Shown one piece after another: positions 1 through 11,955 of a stretch of DNA of 64,000 nucleotides. The DNA is from Octopus sinensis (taxonomy: Eukaryota): contig NC_043000.1 of the NCBI RefSeq assembly GCF_006345805.1, positions 1,798,001-1,862,000 on the forward strand, in the 5' to 3' direction. The notes beneath the pieces are model-generated. The model was not told where the DNA came from. It did no database searches and saw only the letters and a list, made by a program, of their open reading frames with translations. Within the stretch, counting starts at the first letter, position 1. Each line of letters starts with the position of its first letter. Both the position numbers and the translations under genes were made by a program.

Positions 1-142
1 CAAGCAAACACAGAGAAAGGACCCTTCATCAGTTGTCGGCTGTCTATCCGCTCCTCATTTCAAGCATTCAACGACAACATAAGTCTTCAAAGACAGTTGC
101 TCCCATAAATTCTAAAATAAAATTTAGGATTTATAATATTAA

Positions 143-1855
143 AATAATAATAATGAAATTATTGTATACAGTGCTCAGGTGAACCACAACTTGTCAGAAA
201 GTGCATATAAAGTACATGCAGTAATGTAGAAATGTCTGGAAAGTGAACATGTTTGTGTGTGTATGGAGGGGAGAAAATCAAGTGTAGTGTTGGCGAATCT
301 CAGAAAGCATGGAAGTTTTGAAGGATGCAGTGCTCCGACAACTGACAACCGATGCCGGCAGTTTGTTCCATGCTTCAGCAACTCTCAGCGTGAAAAAATG
401 CTTCCTGAAGTCATGGGAGCTGTGCTGTTTTCTTACTTTGTAAATATGTCCACGGGTGTTAGATGGGTGGAGTTTGAAGAGGTGCTCAGAGTTATTGTTT
501 GTGCGGTGGTTGATAATTTTATGGGTGTCTGCCAAATCAGCTGCCAGACGTCAGAGTTTCAATGTGTCCATGCCCAGGGAAGTAAGGCGTTCAGGATATG
601 GCAAATGCCTGATGGAGGGTATTCTTTTGGTTGCACGTCACTGAACAGCTTCCAGACGATTGATATCCTGGGCAAGATAGGGGTTCCAGACCGGTGATGC
701 AAATTCCAGGTGAGGTCTTACCATAGCTATATAAAGCCGCAGATAGATAGCCGGAGAGCGGCTCACAAAGGATTTGGTGAGTGATGCCAAGACACCCTCA
801 GCCTTCTTGACAATTTTAGCGATGTGTTTTGTCCAATGCAAATCACTGTCAACAATAACACCCAAGTCACGTTCACTTGAAGACTTTTTGAGACTAGTGT
901 TGTGGAGGGAGTAGGTGGACGCTGGGTTTCTCCTCCCAAAATGCATGGTGGTACATTTGTCCACAGCCAGCTTGAGTTGCCAGTCCATGATCCACTGCTG
1001 CATTGTGTCCAGGTCTGCTTGCAATAGAGATCCATAGTGTACAGGATTTGACCTCTTTATTTCGAGGTACAGCTTGATGTCATCTGCATATTTCAGCACT
1101 GTGGCATTCTTTAAGTGGCATCTATGTCATAACATATGCAACAAATAAAAGGGGGCCAAGAACAGATCCCTGCGGCACACCAGATGTCATCTCATAGGGC
1201 GAAGAGTGCTGTCCTAGAACTGTGACAACCTCTTTTCGGCCGAAAATAAAGGACTTTAACCAGTTATAGAGTTCGTCTCTTACACCCAATGCAAAAAGCT
1301 TCACCATAAGTCTTTTGTGTTGCACAGAGTTAAAAGCCTTAGCAAAGTCCAGATAAACAACATCCACCCAGGATCCGCGATCAGTGATTTGGGTAACGTC
1401 CTCAAGAAACTCGATGAGTTGATTACAGCAGCTGGAGTTAGGAATAAATCCGAATTGTGACGGCTGGATGAGGCTGTGAGACTTCCAGAAGTTCCAGAGG
1501 GTTTCTCTGATACAGGATTCCATCAGTTTGGTGATGCAGCTAGTAAGACTGACGGGGCGATAGTTGACAGGCGATGTGCGGTCGCCTTTTTTGAACAGAG
1601 GGATGACACTGGCAGTTTTCCACTGTTCTGGAGTAACACCATTGTCAAGACAGAATTGGAAGAATAGAGAAAGTTGGCTTAGAAGAAAGTACCCACCGCG
1701 TTTGAGAAGTAGGTATGTAACACCATCGAGACCAGGAGAGGCATAATTGCGTTTATTCTTTAGGTGGCGTTGCAGCATTGCTGGTGTAAATTGCATAGAA
1801 GATATAGAGTCCGATGTCAGTGGTGATGATGATGGAACATTTTGGTCTTCGACAA
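143..1855 (-). mobile_element. CR1-clade LINE, 5'-truncated, frameshifted
   Basis: Minus ORFs carry VPQGSVLGPLLF, LKYADDIKLY, NTRGH...FFTLRVAEAWNKLP; frameshift near 1100-1125 and a TGA at 638; (ATT)n tail at the low-coordinate end. Confidence 0.93.
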
Positions 1856-2058
1856 GGGTCAAAGTTGGGAACAAAAAAATGACAGTGGAGACATACAAGG
1901 AAACATGGAGGGTCATTAGACCAGAACAAGAGGAAAATAGTGAACGCTGGGAGAAAGATGTTTGCTTTTATTCAGTTTCCTTGTATGTCTCCACTGGCAT
2001 GTTTTCATTCCCAACAATTAAAGACGTGATTTTCTTGATACATATTTTTGTTTTATAT

Positions 2059-2149
<91 letters not shown>

Positions 2150-2155
2150 ATATAT

Positions 2156-2321
2156 AGATGCAGGAGTGGCTGTGTGGTAAGTAGCTTCCTTACCAACCAC
2201 ATGGTTCCAGGTTCAGTCCCACTGCATAGCATCTTGGGCAAGTGTCTTCTACTATAGCCTCAGGCTGACCAAAGCCTTGTGAGTGGATTTGGTAGACAGA
2301 AACTGAAAGAAGCCCATCGTA

Positions 2322-2375
<54 letters not shown>

Positions 2376-2586
2376 CTTGTGTGTCTGTGCTTGTCCCCAC
2401 AACATCGCTTGACAACCGATGCCGGTGTGTTTACGGCACTGTAACTTAGTGGTTCAGCAAACGAGACTCATAGAATAAGTACTAGGCTTACAAAGAATAA
2501 GTCCTGGTGTTGATTTGCTCAACTAAAGGCAGTGCTCCAGCATGGCTGCAGTCAAAATGACTGAAGCAAGTAAAAGAGTAAAGAGT
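2156..2586 (+). mobile_element. SINE family A (tRNA-derived head, internal TA/TG microsatellite, AGTAAAAG tail)
   Basis: A-box TGGCTGTGTGGT, B-box GGTTCAGTCCC; many copies in window. Confidence 0.88.
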
Positions 2587-2599
2587 ATATATATACATA

Positions 2600-3201
2600 T
2601 ATATGCTGTGCTTGAGAAGACCCGGCAAGCCAAATGAGACCATAACCTCATGGCCTATGCCAGGGGTGTAACCAGCCCACTTATGCTTCATTGGACACTA
2701 AACTCTGCTTGCAAAGACCTGTTGAAGCAAGTGAAATCGAAATCAAATTTGATGACTGGCATCCATGCTAGTGGAGCGCTAAGAGCACCATCCAAGCATG
2801 ATCGTTGCCAGAGCAACAAACTGGCTTCCATGTCGGTGGCACATAAAAAGTATCATTCAAGCGTGATCATTACCTGCGTCGCCTTACTGGCGCATGAAAA
2901 AACATTCGAGCAAGGTCATTGCCAGTGCCGCTGGACTGGCACCTGTGCAGGTGGCATGTAAAAAACACCATTTGAGTGTGGCCGTTGCCAGTACCACCTG
3001 AGTGGCCCTCATGCCAGTGGCACATAAAAGCACCCACTACACTCTCGGAGTGGTGGGCGTTAGGAAGTGCATCCAGCAGTAGAAGCTCTGCCAGATCAAG
3101 ATTGGAGCCTGGTGCAGCCATCTGGTTCGCCAGGCCTCAGTCAAATCGTCCAACTCATGCTAGCATGGAAAGCGGATATTAAATGATGATGATGATGATG
3201 A
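2600..3201 (+). mobile_element. RTE-clade LINE 3' end/3'UTR with (GAT)n tail
   Basis: GCTGTGCTTGAGAAGACCCGGCAAG matches the ORF2 end at about 25530; ends CCATGCTAGCATGG...GATGATG. Confidence 0.85.
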
Positions 3202-3202
3202 T

Positions 3203-3297
<95 letters not shown>

Positions 3298-3343
3298 TAC
3301 ATATATATATACATATATATGTGTGTACATATATGTAATATAT

Positions 3344-3379
<36 letters not shown>

Positions 3380-3557
3380 CAAAATAAGCAACAGGATATG
3401 AAGAAGTGATGCAGTACGACCGTTTCAAGCAGCTCCTTTTAATTGAACAATGCAATCATTACATCAATTAAAATGCAGGGCTATCATCAGCTGCACAAAT
3501 AAATAAAATGTATGTATGTATGTTGTATGTAAATATGTATATATATATATATTATAT

Positions 3558-3588
<31 letters not shown>

Positions 3589-3600
3589 TTATATACATAC

Positions 3601-4135
3601 ATGGTGGCTGCCCCCTCGTTATCGAGTATGGCCATTGCACAAGCTTAATTAATGTTGTTATCGTGCAATGCCTGTGCAAGAAGATTTTTTTTAAAGTGAA
3701 GAAAGGCTGTGCACCGAGTCAATCCCACTCACTAAGCAACAGCAGTCATAATCCGAAAAGAAGAACAAGTCAGCATCATCGGTAACCACTGAGCCGCAGG
3801 TTTTATGTCGGAGTTATCCCAGTTACCTGAGTTACCTTCTCCTAGAAGGATACCCTAACAAAGGCTAGAAGTCCTTCACTCCCAATGGTTTAGCCGCGTG
3901 ATTGGGTATTCAGTCCGATTATTTCTATGTCCCTGCGCATGATACAGCCTTATGGCATTTATTGGATGGCCGTTGACTCTCAAGAGTTCCTCCACCCTTT
4001 GACGGGTTTTGTTTTTCATCCCGCAGGGTGTCCAATAAACACCCTCCTCACCAAGCAAGCTTGGTGGGGTTGCCGGTTTAGTCGCCAACGACCCAACCAT
4101 ACAACAGGTTGTACTGGGTTACATGTTACCAGTAG
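3601..4135 (-). mobile_element. Internally deleted (bipartite) RTE-derived element of a second RTE lineage
   Basis: Minus strand has RTE-5'UTR-like CTAGGAGAAGGTAACTC and GGTGAGGAGGGTG followed closely by an RTE-3'-like CTCGATAACGAGGGGGCAGCC end; TATACATAC on both sides. Family motifs recalled, not searched. Confidence 0.45.
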
Positions 4136-4375
4136 TATACATACATACATACATACATACATACATACATACATACATAGAGCAATAGACACAGAAAGTG
4201 AGGTGAGTCGCTACTTGAACTTGCTTGTTTGTGATTCTGTAGTGACTCAGAAAGACTCAGCGTTGAATATGTACTCTTCCATTTGACAGAACTGAGTACT
4301 CTTATGTTTAATTTCAATTCACAGTGTAGACCCCAAACCACCTCTTCCTTTCTCTCTCTCTCTCTCTCTTTCTCT

Positions 4376-4379
<4 letters not shown>

Positions 4380-4457
<78 letters not shown>

Positions 4458-4464
4458 CATATAT

Positions 4465-4526
<62 letters not shown>

Positions 4527-4607
4527 GGTCCCGGGTTGAGTCGGGGTTAACCACAGTAAATAAGGTACTCAATAAATAAGGTACTTCTATATAATAAATA
4601 TATATAT

Positions 4608-4658
<51 letters not shown>

Positions 4659-4710
4659 ATACATACATATACATACATACATACAAATATACATACATAT
4701 ATACATATGC
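4380..4710. repeat. (TA)n/(TACA)n microsatellite block; similar blocks at 2050-2155, 3202-3380, 3510-3600
   Basis: Directly visible. Confidence 0.97.
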
Positions 4711-5050
4711 GCATACACACCATCTCACAAATGAATTAGAGTGGTGATAGCTGGACAATGGTCAGTAATGTTTTAACTAATTATCCAATTCTTTTACCTA
4801 CAAGTAAAACAATTAGCTGATTAGAAAAACATTACAAATCACTCAATTATTTCACCTACAAGTAAAAGAAGCAAGTGATTAGCAATGCTTAAATGTTCTA
4901 CAAAGGCCACCCACATTTATTTGCTGCAGGTGAATGATGAGACAAAAAAAAATACATGTACTGTTAGTGTTTTACATTCAATTTCTATGTATTATTAATA
5001 CTAATGGAAAGTAAGCTAGTAATTAAAGTATTGTTAATTTTTATTTGTGA

Positions 5051-5482
5051 CTAGCAGCATAGCCCGGCGTTGCCCGGGTATGTAAGAGCCCCTAGTAAGC
5101 AACGACTAATCCCAATCTAGTCCTTTCCCTCTAGGGAACGAAGGCGCATGTGTAGGTTGCAATGTCTTCTCTTCACTCGAATACTTCTGTGTACACGATG
5201 TTCCTAGCTGTCCCTTTGGGCGATAAAAAGGTCGAGTTGTGTCCCCTAGACAGAAAATGTGTTGCATATAAAAAGCTTAGATTCTCGACCCCATGTCGAA
5301 TTTATCAATTTTTTTCAGAACTGGGGGAACTTTTCAAAATTTTCGCTGTGTTAGTATTGAATTATGACATTGGGCTATGTGTGTGTCAAGTTTCATCAGA
5401 ATCGGTTGAAAGCCGTGGTCAGGGTGAGGGTACAACCTAACAGACACACAGACAGACAAACTGCCGTTTATATAGAGAGAGA
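5051..5482 (-). mobile_element. Non-autonomous Helitron
   Basis: Minus strand begins A^TC, has (TCTG)n, ends with hairpin CCCGG-GCAACG-CCGGG then CTAG^T; no TSD. Confidence 0.8.
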
Positions 5483-5606
5483 TGAAGACTGCTATTATTT
5501 TGGTTTGCCAATTAACCCTTACAAACTTGAAATAATTTTTTTCTGCATAAAAGAAAAACGAAATGTTTTCACAGTTTAAACATTTCTCATGTGATGAATT
5601 GATAAT

Positions 5607-5632
5607 AGGGTTAGGGTTAGGGTTAGGGTTAA
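5607..5632 (+). repeat. Interstitial (TTAGGG)~4
   Basis: TAGGGTTAGGGTTAGGGTTAGGGTTA read directly. Confidence 0.85.
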
Positions 5633-5699
5633 TAACAGCATAATGTATCACATGCAGAAATATATATCTTGTCTTATATCATTTATTTGTTTTAGTGAT

Positions 5700-6423
5700 T
5701 TGCGTTGGACAAAACACATTGCTAAAATTGTCAAGAAGGCTGAGGGTGTCTTGGCATCACTCACCAAATCCTTTGTGAGCCGCTCTCCAACTATCTATCT
5801 GCGGCTTTAAATAGCTATGGTAAGACCTCACCTGGAATTTGCATCACCGGTCTGGAACCCCTATCTTGCCCAGGATATCAATCGTCTGGAAGCCGTTCAG
5901 CGATGTGCAACCAAAAGAATACCCTCCATCAGGCATTTGCCATATCCTGAACACCTTACTTCCCTGGGCATGGACACATTGAAACTCCGATGTCTGGCAG
6001 CTGACTTGGCAGACACCCATAAAATTATCAACCATTGTACAAACAATAACTCTGAGCACCTCTTCAAACTCCACCTATCTAACACCCGTGGACATATTTA
6101 CGAAGTCAGAAAACAGCACAGCTCCCATGACTTCAGGAAACATTTTTTCATGCTGAGAGTTGCTGAAGCATGGAACAAACTGCCGGCATCAGTTGTTAGT
6201 TGTCGGAGCACTGCATCCTTCAAAACTTCCATGCTTCCTGAGATTCGCCAACACTACACTTGATTTTCTCCCCTCCATACACACACAAGCATGTATCTGA
6301 CTCATACACTGTTCACTTCCCAGACATTTATATATTACTGCATGTACTTTATATGCACTTTCTGACAAGTTGTGGTGCACCTGAGCACTGTATACAATAA
6401 TTTCATTATTATATTATTATTAT
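5700..6423 (+). mobile_element. CR1-clade LINE 3' fragment
   Basis: ORF 5817-6263 nearly identical to the C-terminus of the 143-1855 copy; GTGC-ACCTGA-GCAC hairpin and (ATT)n tail. Confidence 0.93.
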
Positions 6424-7129
6424 TGAACTGCGGCCATACTGGGGCACAGCCTTGAAGAATTTTAGTAGAACACAGTAAAGTAGCACTAACACAAAGTAAA
6501 CTAAAAAGTAACCTAAAGTCATCTCCCAAAGTGGCACCAATATTTTAATGTACAGCCACTAATGAAAGCCTCTAAAAATTGGGGTCCCTAACTTTTTGCT
6601 GTGGGGTTAGCACTGGAATTTGCACTATATGCAAATTTTGTCTTTCTTTGTAAAATATGTGCTTAGCTGTGTAGTAAGAAGCTTACTTCTGAAGTACATT
6701 GTTTCAGGTTCAGTTCCACTGTATGACACTTCAAGTGTCTTCTAGTATAGTCTACTATAGCCCCAGGCCAACCCAAGCCTTATAAGTGGATTTAGTAGTC
6801 AAAAACTGAAAGAAGCCGGTTGTAAGAATGTATGTGTGTGTGTGTCTTTGTATTAGTGTCTGCCCCCCACCCTGCCTGAAAACCGATGTTGGATTGTTTA
6901 CATTCTTGTAACTTAGCAGTTCCACCAAAGTGATAGCTGTCTATCAGAAAATGAAAGCAAAATCATTACAAGGAGGAATTTTTATTAAACAAATGAAAGC
7001 AAATCATTACAATGACCAAAGTTGTAAGAACTTCTGAAGTTTTAATAAGTAAAGTCATGTGAAACAGTTGAATAGATGTGTAAATAATTTAGAAAGGAAA
7101 AAAATCATTAACAAAGTTTTTTTGCGGAA

Positions 7130-7417
7130 AATTGCACAAATCTGTCCTGATCAAGAGGCTGATCTGTCAGGAAAATCATGGTCTGACATGGAATAAACAA
7201 AAATTTATATAAGACGTTCTATTGTAAAAATTGCCCAGCAATGACAGGCTATTCAGCTAGTATCTTAATAAGGACTAGTAATTGGTAGAATAAAAATTGT
7301 GCCAGTTTACAACACTCAGATTAAATGGATTAGTTAACAAAAAATATTAGAATCACCATATTGTATTTTAGAGTTAAATTTAAGTGTTCATGTATGATCC
7401 TACAGATCAAATAAGGG
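7130..7417 (+). mobile_element. Possible decayed piggyBac 3' end
   Basis: KTFYCKNCPAMTG (7211-7249) resembles the piggyBac C-terminal Cys-rich domain; ends AGGG|TTAA. Short and degenerate. Confidence 0.3.
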
Positions 7418-7502
7418 TTAAAATCTTTGTCAGGTTAATATAATTAAGTAAAATGTCCAATATTTGCTGTGAAAATTAGTTGTTTTCTTTTCAAAACAAC
7501 TC

Positions 7503-7898
7503 TTTTACTTGTTTCAGTCATTTGACTGTGGCCATACTGGAGCACTGCCTTTAGTCAAGCAAATTGCCCCCAGGACTTATTCTTTGTAAGCCTAGTACTT
7601 ATTCTATTGGTCTCTTTTGCCAAACCGCTAAATTATGGAGACATAAACACACCAGCATCAGTTGCCAAGCAATGTTGGGGGGACAAACACAGACACACAA
7701 ACACAAACATATATATATATACATATACACATATACGACGGGCTTCTTTCAGTTTCCATCTACCTAATCCACTCACAAGGCTTTGGTCAGCCTGAGGCTA
7801 TAGTAGAAGACACTTGCTCAAAGTGCCACACAGTAGGACTGAACCCGGAGCCATGTGGTTGGTAAGCAAGTTACTTACCACACTGCCACTCCTGCACC
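7503..7898 (-). mobile_element. SINE family A
   Basis: Reverse complement of the family A consensus; a degenerate + copy lies at 6660-6925. Confidence 0.85.
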
Positions 7899-8006
7899 TG
7901 TGTTCAACAAGATCATTAACCCTTTCAGTTGAAATATACTACTTTTGTTTCAATATATTCTTAAAATAATGAGGGATTTAATAATAAAGAATTTATTGTT
8001 ATTTAA

Positions 8007-8225
8007 CCCTTTAGTATTTAAACCGGCCATATCCGGCCAAAATATTTAATCTATTTTATGCTCAAACTGACCAGATCCAGGCTCTCACACCTACCCTACA
8101 ATGTTATTCTACATGAAGTAATTGTAACATCAAGATCTTGAAGATATGAGATAATGCATGATTAATTCAAATCAATGGAAATCAATAAGCATTATGTTTG
8201 ATAGAATAATCTGAACACTAAAGGG
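8007..8225 (+). mobile_element. TTAA-type (piggyBac-like) MITE family A; further copies 8292-8503, 35272-35695 (SINE-interrupted), 42853-43073, 43676-43896, 45846-46060, 47131-47306, 59137-59353
   Basis: TTAA|CCCTTTAG ... CTAAAGGG|TTAA termini and a shared ~220-bp body. Confidence 0.85.
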
Positions 8226-8553
8226 TTAAACTAGAGTTTGGAACAAATAAACATGAAATTTTTACGGAAGATTTAATTTAGATCACTTTAACCTTTTAGG
8301 GTTTACACCAGCCAAAATATCCTATCTGTTTTATGTTCAAACCAGCCAAATCTGGTTTCTCACACCTACTCTACAATGTCATTCTAAAAGTAAACAATCA
8401 CATCATTAAAATCTTGAAGCTATGAGATAATGTATGATTAATTCAAAACAAAAAGAATAAATAAGCATTATATTTGACAGAGTCATCAGAATACTAAAGC
8501 ATTAAAACAAAATGTTTGTGCCATAGAATCAGAGGTAGCCTCAGGCAGGCTGG

Positions 8554-8555
<2 letters not shown>

Positions 8556-8601
<46 letters not shown>

Positions 8602-8788
8602 TGTGTACAGTGCTCAGGTGCACTTCGACTCATCTAAAGTGTATATATAATCAGGTATAGTTTCAGCGGATTTCGGAAAGTATGAGGGCCTTAAAGGATG
8701 CAGTGTCATGGCAGTCAACAACTGACGCAGGCAGTTTGTTCCATGCTTCAGCAACTCTGAGCATGAAAAAATGTTTCCGAAAGTATCA
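8556..8788 (-). mobile_element. Short CR1 3' end with (ATT)n tail
   Basis: Near-identical to the 3' end of the 52772-55052 copy. Confidence 0.88.
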
Positions 8789-9357
8789 GAAGGGTTAAGC
8801 GATTTCAGATCTGGTTAATGATACCAAGCAACAAATAGTGTTTAATTAGTTTGACTAAAACCAATAAATCTTAATAGTTCCTGTTCAGTGGCTGCTGAAA
8901 CAAACCATACTACACAATTGGACGTACAACCAAAGACTTCTATTGAAGTTATTTCTGTCAACTCATTATCTCAATCAAAATCAGCACAACTAGCCAACAA
9001 AACTACCCTCAGGTTTGCTTCTATTACTCACTCAGATCACATAACGTATTCTAATTTCTCCCCAGGCAGACATTGGCCACCAGAAGTATTCTTTTTAGTC
9101 AATTTGGTTCTCTGCTTCTACTTCATTCACAGTGAGCTAACTTCAGATCACCCATTGTTTGTTTTTTTTTTCCTATGTGAAATATAAGGAAAATTCAAAA
9201 CTATGAGCTGTTAGAAGTAAAGAAAAGGCTTGAGGAACATCTATTCTCTGCTGCAATTGATCTGGAAGGGATGCTTCTAAAGTGTTAGCAAATTGTTAAG
9301 TGTACCTGTAACAAAAAAAAACAACTATTCAAGCAAATTGTAAATACATAAAATACA

Positions 9358-9676
9358 TAAATACGTAAAAGGCACCATCCGAATCGTGGCCGAAGCCAGT
9401 GCCGCCTCGACTGGCTTCCGTGCAGGTGGCACGTAAAATGCACCAATCCGACCGTGGCCGATGCCAGCCTCGCCTGGCACCAGTGCAGGTGGCACGTAAA
9501 AAGCACCCACTACACTCACGGAGTGGTTGGTGTTAGGAAGGGCATCCAGCTGTAGAAACATTGCCAGATAAGACCGGAGCCTGGTGCAGCCTTCTGGCTT
9601 CCCAGATCCCCGGTCGAACCGTCCAACCCATGCTAGCATGGAGAACGGACGTTAAACAATGATGATCATGATGATG
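9358..9676 (+). mobile_element. RTE 3'UTR fragment inserted in the hAT fossil
   Basis: 60-bp units plus the standard (GAT)n tail. Confidence 0.88.
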
Positions 9677-9730
9677 ATAATAACAACTTAATAATAATTA
9701 CATTTCTTTTGCTAACAAGAAATAACCATG

Positions 9731-10008
9731 TGTAGCGTAGCTCAGTGAGATCCTCACTGTTTGAGAGATATATTAGAAATGATATCGTGTTAGATAGCAA
9801 CCATCTTCGGCTATTTGGACCTTGTTGTGTCCACTGCTCTGATTGGTTGGTATTGGTGCAGTTTATCTCTTGACTTATTTCACCAATACCAACCAATCAG
9901 AGCAGTGGACACAACAGGGTCCAAATAACCGAAAATGGTTGCTATCTAACACGATATCATTTCTAATATATCTCTCAAACAGTGAGGATATCACCAAGCC
10001 ACGCTACA
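9731..10008. mobile_element. Fold-back MITE with TGT...ACA ends and CATG TSD (Ginger-like)
   Basis: About 128-bp inverted arms around a 22-nt loop; CATG at 9727-9730 and 10009-10012. Confidence 0.75.
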
Positions 10009-10185
10009 CATGAATGGAAATGTTGGAGTATACTATAATTTGTATAACATAGTACAATTGAGAAAGAAAGACGACTGATTTTCTAGAGTAGCTCAACAAA
10101 GATGGTACCAAGAGATACCTGAGCATCAATATATACAATAAGTTTTGTTTTTTAATGAGTAACTTCTAAAGATTTACTTCCAAGT

Positions 10186-10756
10186 TGATCACAGAACTTG
10201 AGGCGATCCAACGAAGCTACACGAAGAAGATAGCCTCTGTGCACCATATAAGCTACTGGGAAAGACTCAAGAGATTAAGACTCTATTCCTTAGAGCGTAG
10301 GCGAGAAAGATATGCCATAATATACATCTGGAAGATTCTAGAAGGACTTGTCCCAAACTTTGGCATCGAGAGTTACACAAATGCCAGAACTGGGCGCCAC
10401 TGCATGGTGCCAAGGACTCCAAATTTGCCATCAAGATGTAGGACAAGATACTGTGATAGCTTGGGCTTCCGAGGCCCACAACTCTTCAATATCCTCCCGA
10501 AGAACCTGAGGGACCTGCATGGAGTGGATGCAGATGTCTTTAAAATAAAACTGGATCTCTTCCTGTCAGGTATCCCAGATGAACCAACTTCCCGGCAGGA
10601 GGTGCAGATGAGGGCAGCTGCATCGAACTCTCTCATGCACCAAATGGCAGTTGCTAAAAAGCATTCGTGAAGTAAAATCATGTAGCAACACCAAATGGCG
10701 GTGCCCCAGCATGGCCGCGGCTCGTGAGCTGAAACTAGATAAAATAAAATAAAAAA
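10186..10756 (+). mobile_element. CR1/L2-group LINE 3' fragment (clade uncertain), distinct from the CR1 family above
   Basis: ORF ELEAIQRSYTKKI...YSLERRRERY...RGPQLFNILP; 3'UTR ending in (TAAAA)n. Confidence 0.85.
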
Positions 10757-11514
10757 GTAAACTTCTTCAGTTGTTACTGACAAATATGCTGATGCAGCCA
10801 GCAAAGAGCAATTTAGTTTGTGTTTATTGGGTTGACAAATGCTTGGTGACCAAAGAAGAATATCTGAATTTTTATTACTTTAACAATATTTTCAATTACC
10901 ATATATGTACTAACATGAATGTAATATGATTTTTGCAACAGTAGAGGAATATGCACTGAAAGGTGACATGGTTGGGGGAAAATATGGAACAGTCAAGTGT
11001 TTGGGAGAACTTCTACCAAAGACTTTAGCAACTCATTGACAAGTATGTTCTTTCAGTTTGAATATGAAAGAAATTACCATGAAATGTAAGATAGTGTAAG
11101 GTACTATCTGACTTGTTGAGTAACAGTACGTAGATTATCACGTTAACCAGATATTCACAAAAGATAAAGAATTTATTTGGCAAGTTGATGGAAACAGAGA
11201 AGATTCTGAAAGCACATTGATGTCTGGTGGTATCTTTATTAGATGGATAATATGTGATGTTTTTCATTCAGTGAATTCTTGGTAATTACCCAGTCCTATT
11301 TGAGTGTTGACAAGAATATGCATAATCATAATTGTATGCTGATGTCAAGGGATGTGTAACAGAAAGCCAGGTTTAAACTGTGAAGTTTTTTTCTCTGGAT
11401 TAAATCTCAGTCTGTTCTTGTACTCCCAGATAGTTTATCAAAGTCACTGCAAGCAGTTAAAATGTTGTTAATAAATGCACAGAGGGTGGTGGAAATTACT
11501 AAACTAGTTTTAAC

Positions 11515-11955
11515 CCGTGGCCTCTACTTGGGATGTAGCCAGTCCACTTATGCATACCTTTCCTTCTTGGGACACAAAACTCTGCTTGCGAAGACCTGTT
11601 GAGGCAAGTGAAATCGATCAAAAATCAATGTTAAAATTGTAGTTGTGATATCAGTGCCAGTGGCACATAAAAGATCCATCCGAACGTGGCCAATGCTAGC
11701 ACTGCCTCGACTGGCCTCCGTGCTGGTGACACGTAAAAAGCACCAATCTGATCATGGCTGTTGCCAGCCTCGCCTGGCACATAAAAAGCACCCACTACAC
11801 TCACTGAGTGGTTGGCATTAGGAAGGGCATCCAGCTGTAGAAACACTGCCAGATCAGACTGGGCCTGGTGCAGCCTCCTGGCTTCCCAGACCCCAGTCGA
11901 ACTGTCCAGCCCATGCTAGCATGGAGAACGGACGTTAAACGATGATGATGATGAT
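11515..11955 (+). mobile_element. RTE 3'UTR fragment; a more decayed one at 12390-12660 and a decayed SINE A (-) at 11960-12290
   Basis: Shares the 3'UTR block AAAACTCTGCTTGC...GCAAGTGAAATCG with 2700-2745; standard tail. Confidence 0.82.

Noticed and set aside
5607-5632. Chromosome end or healed break at (TTAGGG)4
   Set aside because: Too short and flanked by ordinary sequence; similar motifs occur inside a local transposon family.
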